A stretch of DNA of 64,000 nucleotides from positions 160,001 to 224,000 of the IMG/VR virus record IMGVR_UViG_2974670102_000001; one strand, 5' to 3'. Positions within the stretch are counted from its first letter, which is position 1. Each line of letters starts with the position of its first letter. The position numbers and the translations under genes are program-made. The notes beneath the pieces were generated by a model. The model was not told where the DNA came from and searched no databases. It saw only the letters and a list, made by a program, of their open reading frames with translations. Shown in pieces: positions 18,618-26,262 of this stretch. The stretch comes from a virus. Its lineage: Duplodnaviria; Caudoviricetes.

Positions 18618-19760
18618 TTAACGAGAAGTCTGGCCGAACTCTCCGGCATTCAGACTGGCTGTTGTCCAAGGGTTCGTGCCGTCTGTTTCTGCCACCGATA
18701 GATAGCGCGACGGGCCGTTCGATGTTGTCATTTGCGTCACACCGGACGAGCTTGATGTTTTGAAAGACCCCTGAATGTTCTGATACCGATTCGAGTTGCC
18801 ACGCATCACGACCGCACGCACATCGGATACCGCAGGCACATTCCATTTGTACGTATCGGTCTGGCCGGTGGCGCTTGCGGTCACGTAGTTGGCACCGGTC
18901 GTATCGGTGGCCGATTGCCAGTTGGGTTCGGCACCAGATGGAGTCCACTGGGTGACCGATCCGTTGCCCGTTGCCGAGACTGCGTAAATACGGCGTGCCG
19001 TGATAGCGGGTTCCGTTTCCGGGGTCGGCCACACACCAGCACCGAGAGGCCACGCGGCGTCCGCACCCGAAACGTTCTGAACCACGAGGTCATCAACGAA
19101 GTAGCTGATGAAGTTCGAGGCGAAGAACTTGAGGCGGTTCGCGATCTGCCCGGCCGTGAAGTTGTCTGCACTCCACGTCACCGGAATATCCTGCTGCAAC
19201 GTCGTGCCGTTGATCGTGTACGTGGCAGTCAGGACAGCCGACGATGCAGTCGATGTCGTGCTGTAGTACGAGAACTGAAGCTGTACCCAGTAGTACGTGT
19301 TCAACTGGATGTTGAAGTTGTACGGAGAACTGGTCGGGCTGTTGATGTTGGTGACGAACTGTAGGTTGGTGCCGCCCGACGACGAATTGCTGATGTTCAG
19401 GAGCGGATACCACGAGCCCGGAACGCCTGCGGTTCCGAGTGCGAGCAACGTGCCAGACCCCGGGTTCATCGTGTTGATGTTCAACCAGAAGTTGAAGGCG
19501 AACGCGGCCTTACCGCTGGTGGCAGTGTTCCCGCGAATCATCTGCATGGTCGACGGGAACTGGTACTCGAAGCCCGAGGTCAGGGACGCTGGGGCCCCCG
19601 ACGACGGGAACGTGAGAGCGGCACCGCCAAATGCGCCAGCCGACAAGTTCACCTGTCCGGCTATGGAACTGTTGGTCACGAACCATGGGTAGTTTGCGGC
19701 AAGCGTGCCTGAAGGGTAGATGTCAAACCCCTCGGCCGCTGCAATAAATTGTGCTGCCAT
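18618..19760 (-). CDS. LamG-type fibre-tip protein
   Basis: EGFDIY, YYWVQL, FVDDL, QWTPSG..NWQ. Confidence 0.7.
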   Translation of the reverse strand: MAAQFIAAAEGFDIYPSGTLAANYPWFVTNSSIAGQVNLSAGAFGGAALTFPSSGAPASLTSGFEYQFPSTMQMIRGNTATSGKAAFAFNFWLNINTMNPGSGTLLALGTAGVPGSWYPLLNISNSSSGGTNLQFVTNINSPTSSPYNFNIQLNTYYWVQLQFSYYSTTSTASSAVLTATYTINGTTLQQDIPVTWSADNFTAGQIANRLKFFASNFISYFVDDLVVQNVSGADAAWPLGAGVWPTPETEPAITARRIYAVSATGNGSVTQWTPSGAEPNWQSATDTTGANYVTASATGQTDTYKWNVPAVSDVRAVVMRGNSNRYQNIQGSFKTSSSSGVTQMTTSNGPSRYLSVAETDGTNPWTTASLNAGEFGQTSR

Positions 19761-19770
19761 TTGTTACTCC

Positions 19771-21066
19771 TTATTGCCACGTGCCACGTATGGTGATGGT
19801 GATGAGCGAAACGTTCGTCGTCGCAAACTGATAGGACAACTGATCGCCTGCTGCGTAATTGGTTGTGCTACCCGTGCTCGTAAACGAGTTGCCGTTCACC
19901 GTGTCGATGTTGAGCGTGCCGACCTGCGTACCAGTATTCGGGGTGGCCGCCGGATACTTCATGATGCGTATGGTAGCGGTAGTGCCGCTGATCAGCCGCA
20001 CGTTTGCCACCGAGTTCGCCCAGTTCTGCGGGAACTGGCACGGGTCCGTGAACATGTAGAACACTTCGTTCACGATGTTCGGATTGCCCTGAACGTTGAC
20101 TGGCAGACGCGCGATGCTCGGGTTGGGCGGTTGGTTCAGCAGGTCCGTGTAGGAGCCAGTGAGCGCAACCGTCGACAGCGTACCCGACGCGAGGTTACCT
20201 GCGGTCGCTGCGGTGTTCGTGAACTGCACGCCACCCAGCGTTGTGGTAGTTGCCTTGGGCAGCGAATACGGCGTAGGCTTGTTCGACAGGTCGTTGTAGT
20301 TGCCGGACGTGGCGACGGTCGCAAAGCCCGCGATGTCGGTAGCCGTCAGCGTGACCGTGCCAGTCTTACCGTTCACGGACGTGACGTTGGAGCCAGAGTT
20401 AGCGATCTTCGTCCACACGTTGTTCGACACCAGCGCCAAGTCACCGACAGCCCACGTGCTGATACCGTCGATTGATGTGGAGCCCGCAACCGATACCACG
20501 TAGTACGAACCGTTTGCCTGCGCAGTGCCACCAGCAACACCACCGTTTGCGAGAACCGGGTTGTTCGCGTTAGCGTCCCAGTTCCCCTTGTACGACAGGC
20601 CCCCCGTGATAGACGACGGCAGATATTTTGATGCGACAGTGCCCGACGGTCCTGACAGCAGGTCGGTTGGTAGACCAACGTCTGCGGCCGTAAGCGTCAC
20701 GGTGCCCGAGCGCGAGTTGACGCTTACGACACCAGCGTTGGTGATATTGCCGTTCGAATCCACAGCCAGACCGCCGCTGGCCGGAACCATCACGCCACCG
20801 AGCACCGCTGCCGATGCTTTCGGGAGTACGTAGTTGCCAGCCGATGGTTTGTTGGTCAGGTCGTTGTAGTTGCCGGTGAACGCCACCGTGGACAGGTCAC
20901 CCGGACCCAGACCGATCTCCTGAATAGCACCCGTGTTGTCGAGTGTGTACAGTTTTCGGTCTGGGAAGTTGATGGCCAACTGGCCGGTGAGTATCTGCGC
21001 CGTGGTGGGGCGAGCACCAGCGGTCAGCAGCCGTGGGTGCTGAACCGGGATGTTAAGAGCAGTCAT
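19771..21066 (-). CDS. Modular fibre protein
   Basis: GQLAIN..D.KLY N-terminus; VA.TG.Y.DL.NKP, VTSVNGKTG, KGNWDA...W.VGD modules. Confidence 0.8.
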   Translation of the reverse strand: MTALNIPVQHPRLLTAGARPTTAQILTGQLAINFPDRKLYTLDNTGAIQEIGLGPGDLSTVAFTGNYNDLTNKPSAGNYVLPKASAAVLGGVMVPASGGLAVDSNGNITNAGVVSVNSRSGTVTLTAADVGLPTDLLSGPSGTVASKYLPSSITGGLSYKGNWDANANNPVLANGGVAGGTAQANGSYYVVSVAGSTSIDGISTWAVGDLALVSNNVWTKIANSGSNVTSVNGKTGTVTLTATDIAGFATVATSGNYNDLSNKPTPYSLPKATTTTLGGVQFTNTAATAGNLASGTLSTVALTGSYTDLLNQPPNPSIARLPVNVQGNPNIVNEVFYMFTDPCQFPQNWANSVANVRLISGTTATIRIMKYPAATPNTGTQVGTLNIDTVNGNSFTSTGSTTNYAAGDQLSYQFATTNVSLITITIRGTWQ

Positions 21067-21079
21067 TGTGTATTCCTAA

Positions 21080-23404
21080 TTAGCCGATGACGCCGCCATC
21101 GATAGTCAAGTTCTGCAAGAACGAAAGCGGAACTGCCGCGTCGCCCGTTGTTGGTGTGGTCAGCCCATTCAGGACTTGGCTACCCATGCTCAGCGGGCCC
21201 GTCATGGTCACGTTGCCCGAGACGGGCACCGCGTTCACGTTTGCAGCCGTGAGCGACACGTTACCGCTGCCGTTCGGGCTGACGCCGTTGACTGTCGACA
21301 CGGTGCCTGCGGGAATCGCGGCGGTGATCGTGACCAAGCCGTTTGCTTCGGCCAACGTAACGTTTTGACCAGCAACCAGCGACTTGATGATCGCAGAGTT
21401 TGCGGGCGGGTTGGATTCGACGAGCAGTACAGCGCCTGTGCCTGTTTGGCCCGTGACCGACGTTATCGCGTTAGCGATGGACGGAACAACAGACCAGCCC
21501 AAGTTCTGGCGCATGTAGCCGTTGCCATCGTTCGGGGCCTCCGGAACGCCGGTCCCCGAAATCTGGATGGAGTTGCCGGTGTTCGACAGCGAAATCGAGG
21601 GGCCTGCCGTGAACGTGATAGCGCCAGTCAGCGCGCCGGACGTTCCTGCCGTGATGGACGAAACTCCACCCGTGGCAGTCGACGCGATGGAAAGGTTCCC
21701 GTTCGCGTCCGGCGTGATCGTCACGCCCGATCCAGCAACCAGCGTCTTCAGCTTAATGTTACCGGTCGTCGACCCGTTGTTGCTGATGAGCGACGTGCCT
21801 GTTGCAGCGTTGTTGTCCGTGGCCTGCACAACTACCACACCGGTTTGTCCGGACACCGAAGCAACAGCACCAGTTGCCGAGATCGTGCCGTCCGCCGCGA
21901 TGCTGATGCCCGGACCGGCTTTGACGCCGCCTAGGTTCACGCCGGTCGGTGCCGCAAGCGACAGGTTACCTGTTCCGTCCACAGTCAGACCGGCCTTGAC
22001 AATCACACCACCGATGGTGGTGGTCGTAGCAGGGTTCAGCACTTGGTTCGCAGCAATCGTCAGCGTCTTGTTGTCGCCAGATGGCGTGATCGTGACGTTG
22101 GAGCCTGCGGCCAGCGACTTAATCGTCGCGATACCACCCGCAGTCCCGTTGTTGTCCACCAGACCAGTGCCAGTGCCTTCGTTGTTCACTGCCGTCAGCG
22201 CGCCCGAGGTTGCTGTCGAACTGATGGTGATGTTGCCGTTAGCGTCCGTGCCAAGCTGAATCAAGTTACCAGCAACCAGCGTCTTCAGCTTAGCGTTGCC
22301 AGTTGTTGCACCTGCGTTCGCGATCAGCGACGTGCCAGTTGCAGGATTGTTGTCTGTAGTACTGATAACAACTATGCCAGTCTGGCCCGAAACCGATTGC
22401 ACGTTACCCTGCGCATTGATTTGCAGGTTGCCGTTAGGGTCAGCAGCCAGTGTCACGTTGGAGCCAGCGACCAGCGTTTTCAGCTTGATGTTGCCGGTCG
22501 TCGCGCCACTATCCGTAATCAGCGACGTACCGGTTGCCCCGTTGTTGTTCGTAGCCTGAATGATAACGGCACCAGTTTGTGCGGACACCGAAGAAACCGG
22601 AGCCGGGACTGGTGCCGGGACTGAGATCGTGCCGTCAGCCGTCACGTTGATGTTGGCACCGATCTTGACTGCGCCAAGAACTGTGCTCGATGCCACGGCC
22701 GATACAATCTTGCCATCGGCACTCAACTGGATGCCCTGACCTTGCGGTACATACACACCGCCTAGGTGGGCCGCGTCCTGTCCCGCTGCCGGAAGAACGT
22801 ACTGGTTTGCGCCCGTCAGGACGAGGTTGCCCGATCCGTCTGGTGCGATGGTGATGCCCGAGCCCGCGACAAGCATCGCTAGACTCAAATTACCGGTTGT
22901 GGACCCATCGTTCTTGATGAGCGACACGCCGTTAGGAGCATTGTTGTCGACAAGCTTCACTACGACGTTGCCCTGCGAGTCCGGCGTCTGGTTGTTGACC
23001 GACCGAACGTCACCGGCAGTGTAGTTGGCCGTCGTCGTAGCCCCGTACACGGACCCATCGTTTGCGATGAACGTGGGGCCGCCCGGGTACTCGACACCGT
23101 TACGCCACACCTTCGAGCGTGTCGGCAGGCCCGAGTTGGGGTCCGTTACTTCGTAGAACAGATCGATTGCAGCACCGTCGATGATGCCTTGGCAGATCGC
23201 GGTGTACGGAAGGGCAAAGCGCCACCGGCTCTGGCCGATGTCGTAGATGTACGCGCCCTTGTCACGACCCGGGCCCTCTGTGGACGCCAAGATGACTGCT
23301 TCGGCCGTAGGGTCGATCGGCAGCGTGTCCACAGTAGGTGCCACCACCGTGTTCGCCACCCCGTTTCGGTGTAGCGTCAGGGAGTAGTAAAAAGTGCTGT
23401 CCAT
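21080..23404 (-). CDS. Long repetitive fibre/whisker protein
   Basis: Repeats of SV.GQTG.V...NN...GTSLI...G.TTGN.KLKTLVAG; VPEAPNDG..Y.R foldon-like motif; ends IDGG. Confidence 0.8.
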   Translation of the reverse strand: MDSTFYYSLTLHRNGVANTVVAPTVDTLPIDPTAEAVILASTEGPGRDKGAYIYDIGQSRWRFALPYTAICQGIIDGAAIDLFYEVTDPNSGLPTRSKVWRNGVEYPGGPTFIANDGSVYGATTTANYTAGDVRSVNNQTPDSQGNVVVKLVDNNAPNGVSLIKNDGSTTGNLSLAMLVAGSGITIAPDGSGNLVLTGANQYVLPAAGQDAAHLGGVYVPQGQGIQLSADGKIVSAVASSTVLGAVKIGANINVTADGTISVPAPVPAPVSSVSAQTGAVIIQATNNNGATGTSLITDSGATTGNIKLKTLVAGSNVTLAADPNGNLQINAQGNVQSVSGQTGIVVISTTDNNPATGTSLIANAGATTGNAKLKTLVAGNLIQLGTDANGNITISSTATSGALTAVNNEGTGTGLVDNNGTAGGIATIKSLAAGSNVTITPSGDNKTLTIAANQVLNPATTTTIGGVIVKAGLTVDGTGNLSLAAPTGVNLGGVKAGPGISIAADGTISATGAVASVSGQTGVVVVQATDNNAATGTSLISNNGSTTGNIKLKTLVAGSGVTITPDANGNLSIASTATGGVSSITAGTSGALTGAITFTAGPSISLSNTGNSIQISGTGVPEAPNDGNGYMRQNLGWSVVPSIANAITSVTGQTGTGAVLLVESNPPANSAIIKSLVAGQNVTLAEANGLVTITAAIPAGTVSTVNGVSPNGSGNVSLTAANVNAVPVSGNVTMTGPLSMGSQVLNGLTTPTTGDAAVPLSFLQNLTIDGGVIG

Positions 23405-23409
23405 AGTTC

Positions 23410-24081
23410 TCACCACGTGAATGCGGCGTTAGCCGAGTTGAGGCTTGGCATGCGTTGTTGAACAAGCTGTGTCAACGCTTCGCCCTGAGCCCCGTTTATT
23501 TTTTGTGTAACCGCCGTGTATGCGTCCTGATCTGCGAGCGCGCTCAGTCCGTTCTGGCTCCAGTACCAACCGGCACTCATGAACAGATCGGCGGCCTGTG
23601 TCACAAGGTCGGGATTGCTGACGACGCGCGTATCCCCGTAGATGGCTTGGCTGTATGCTGTGTAGTTCGAGCGCCCCGTCAGGTGGAATGCACCTCGCCC
23701 GCGAAACAGCCAGCCATCACCAGAAGCCACGTTGCCGTTGCCCATGCGCGAGGCATAGACCAGATTCGCGAGCTTCTGCGGGTTGCCAACATAGCTCGGC
23801 GCATACGCCTTGCTGGTATCGGCTTGGTTCATGGTGAACCGCGAAGGCCACACGGCGACCAGCCGTTCCGGCGTCGTGTAGTTCAAGTTCTCCACGAGCT
23901 TCGAGAAGCCAGCCGTCTCGTACGCGGCTTGCGCCATGAAATAACGCACACGGCGCGGACTCGCGTCGATACCGAATTTTGCCATCGCCGCGTTTGCTGC
24001 GTCTGCCATCACCTGAAGCTGTGTGGCCGGAATTTGTGGCGCAAATTTTGCGAGTTGCGCGCTCGTGATTGCGTATGCCAT
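23410..24081 (-). CDS. Endolysin, glycoside hydrolase family 19
   Basis: FMAQAAYETAGF...ENLNY, DGWLFRGRG..HLTGRSNY, AGWYW, VTQKING. Confidence 0.93.
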   Translation of the reverse strand: MAYAITSAQLAKFAPQIPATQLQVMADAANAAMAKFGIDASPRRVRYFMAQAAYETAGFSKLVENLNYTTPERLVAVWPSRFTMNQADTSKAYAPSYVGNPQKLANLVYASRMGNGNVASGDGWLFRGRGAFHLTGRSNYTAYSQAIYGDTRVVSNPDLVTQAADLFMSAGWYWSQNGLSALADQDAYTAVTQKINGAQGEALTQLVQQRMPSLNSANAAFTW

Positions 24082-24545
24082 TAGTTCACCTCAAGAAATC
24101 CGATACGTGCGTCAACGACACCGTTCTTGAAAGGATTGAATTTGTAGATCATCTGAACGTGCGCCGTGTACGTGCCGGGGCGCAGGTTAGGAACTACCAG
24201 ATCGATCTTCTCAAAAGCGAAACCTTTGATCTCCACGTTCATGTGTTGCGGATACGTGTAGACGACGTTGCCTGCGGCATCCGTCAAGAACACGTTGTAG
24301 ATTGCACGTCGTTCGGTCTTGCTTTCGACGATGAGTGGTGGGTGGATAGAAACTTCGGACCCCGCACTAACTTGGTAGGTGTCCCTGATTGACACCGTTG
24401 TCTCTGGCGCGGGTTCGACGATCCAGACACAGGCCAAGATCATGAGCACGACCATCACCCATGGCGATAGTCGTGTAATCCATTGATCGACCCATAGTCC
24501 GAAACCAAAAAGTGCGTGGTGGCCGTTTCCTGCGAGCGTCTTCAC
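24081..24545 (-). CDS. Single-pass membrane protein with periplasmic beta domain (possible lysis accessory)
   Basis: One TM segment (WVMVVLMILACVWIV); between holin and endolysin with overlapping stop/start. Confidence 0.55.
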   Translation of the reverse strand: MKTLAGNGHHALFGFGLWVDQWITRLSPWVMVVLMILACVWIVEPAPETTVSIRDTYQVSAGSEVSIHPPLIVESKTERRAIYNVFLTDAAGNVVYTYPQHMNVEIKGFAFEKIDLVVPNLRPGTYTAHVQMIYKFNPFKNGVVDARIGFLEVN

Positions 24546-24546
24546 G

Positions 24547-24906
24547 TCATTCTCCTTTGTTTCCCTCAGTCGCCGGAGACTGGGCCGCGTCGTCCACCTT
24601 GAACCCCAGACTCTCCAAACGTTTCGTGTAAAAGCTTTCGAACAGCGCGATTGCGCGTGTCCCCATGAGACCGGCCGTCGCGATCAGGATTGCTGCAATC
24701 GGCCCGTCGATGTTGAACCACTCGCAAGCCCAGAACGTCATGAGACCTGCGAATCCCGCCGTGATCAGGTCGCGCACCAGCGTGACGAACCTGAAATCTT
24801 GCCCGTTGTTGAGGTACTTGACTGCGCCTCCGAAAATCGCGAGTCCGAAAACCCACGCGTACGTGCTTAGTCCGTAGCCGAACGGGTCCTTGTCACCCTG
24901 AAACAT
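24547..24906 (-). CDS. Holin (LydA/HP1-like)
   Basis: KDP...GG.VKYL...TAGFAG...G.MG.RAI with three hydrophobic segments; upstream of endolysin. Confidence 0.85.
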   Translation of the reverse strand: MFQGDKDPFGYGLSTYAWVFGLAIFGGAVKYLNNGQDFRFVTLVRDLITAGFAGLMTFWACEWFNIDGPIAAILIATAGLMGTRAIALFESFYTKRLESLGFKVDDAAQSPATEGNKGE

Positions 24907-24945
24907 GATCGTGCTCCATGTCAGTCACTCCTAGATTAACCCGTT

Positions 24946-24985
24946 ATAAAATTGGCGAATCCCATAAAATTGGGCTAGTAAATAG
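24946..24985. promoter_or_regulatory. Divergent promoter region: two CAATTTTAT (minus) and GTAAATAG (plus)
   Basis: AT-rich motifs at 24946-24954, 24964-24972 and 24978-24985 between divergent genes. Confidence 0.5.
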
Positions 24986-25005
24986 ACCGGCAACAGGAGA
25001 AAACT

Positions 25006-25308
25006 ATGAAATACGGCGTCACTTTCTACTCGAACCTCAACGTCCTCAACCACGTGGACAACAGTCGAGAGATTGGCATGTTTGTCAAATCCGTGTTAGA
25101 ATCGGAGGATGCCCGAAGGCCGCTTGAGAACATTGAACTTTTTCGCGCGGCCCGTGACCGCCTGAACATCGAGATCGAAAAGCGGTTCGGTTCGGGCATG
25201 GAAGTTGTGTTGTTGGACGCCGAGGACTTCGACTTCGAGGCCGACGAGTTCAGCGACGCGATCTGTGTCAGCGTCCGTTCAAAGGAGAAGGGATACACCG
25301 TGCAATGA
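25006..25308 (+). CDS. Hypothetical protein
   Basis: AGGAG SD; ATGA overlap with the exonuclease gene. Confidence 0.7.
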   Translation: MKYGVTFYSNLNVLNHVDNSREIGMFVKSVLESEDARRPLENIELFRAARDRLNIEIEKRFGSGMEVVLLDAEDFDFEADEFSDAICVSVRSKEKGYTVQ

Positions 25309-26219
25309 AGAAGGGAAAGAAAGGAAAAATCTACGTGGCAGATGGGAACTGGCTGCTGCACCGCGTGTTCTTCACGTTGCGCACACACCGGCCCATAGAA
25401 GAAGCTCTGCCATACGCGTTTCTGTCGTTGATCTGCAAGGACGCGATTGCGACACGCGCCGACAGGATGCTAATCGCGTTCGACGGCCCCAAGGTGTTCC
25501 GGTACGAGCTTTATCCGGAGTACAAAGCAAATCGCGACGACAAGAAATCGAGTGGGCCCGTGGTTGACACGCAGTTCACGCAGCCGCAGGGCGATGTGTA
25601 CGACTATCTGCCAGACGTGTACAGACTGTTGACCGAGGCCGGTATCACGTACTTCCAGCCGCGCAAGTACGAGGCAGATGACGTGCTGCGCTCCGTGGTG
25701 CACGAATACGTACCTGAGTACAGCGTCGTGTGCGGAGCGCAGGACAAAGACGACTACCAGTTTCTTGGCCCCGGTGTCTCGCTATACGATTCGTCTCGCA
25801 AGGGGCCGGACGGCAAACCCAAGCCAGCGACGATCACTGCAAAGTCAGTGATGGAAGAGTTTGGGCTGACCCCGGCCCAGTTTCTCCAGTACCAGATTCT
25901 GCTGGGCGATCCAATCGACAACATACCGCGCATCGGAAATTTCAAGCCGCTAGGAATCCGAAAGAAATTGATCGAGCACGGTACGATTGCAGATTGGTAC
26001 AAGGCAGAGCCGGACGATCAACGAACGTTCGACGTGAACCGTGTGAAGATCGCGCTGAACCGGAAACTCGTGACACTGTGCAAAGGCGTGCTGCCGCCGT
26101 CTACTCCGGATGAGTGGAAGCCGCCCAAGGTAAAGAGTGACGAGGCGCACGGATTTCCTGAGACCTACCACGCGTGGCACTCGACGCTGTACCCGAAGTC
26201 TCGTGGCCTTTTCGGCTAA
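25305..26219 (+). CDS. 5'-3' exonuclease/flap endonuclease (PolI N-terminal/T4 RNase H type)
   Basis: DGN.L.HR.F, AFDG, FRYELYPEYKANR, YEADD, DKD, LLGDPIDNIP. Confidence 0.93.
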   Translation: MKKGKKGKIYVADGNWLLHRVFFTLRTHRPIEEALPYAFLSLICKDAIATRADRMLIAFDGPKVFRYELYPEYKANRDDKKSSGPVVDTQFTQPQGDVYDYLPDVYRLLTEAGITYFQPRKYEADDVLRSVVHEYVPEYSVVCGAQDKDDYQFLGPGVSLYDSSRKGPDGKPKPATITAKSVMEEFGLTPAQFLQYQILLGDPIDNIPRIGNFKPLGIRKKLIEHGTIADWYKAEPDDQRTFDVNRVKIALNRKLVTLCKGVLPPSTPDEWKPPKVKSDEAHGFPETYHAWHSTLYPKSRGLFG

Positions 26220-26221
26220 AG

Positions 26222-26259
26222 AAAAACCCCACATGGATTGCGGTCCATGTGGGGTTTTT
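26222..26259. terminator. Bidirectional intrinsic terminator
   Basis: AAAAACCCCACATGGA/TCCATGTGGGGTTTTT between convergent genes. Confidence 0.9.
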
Positions 26260-26262
26260 GTG

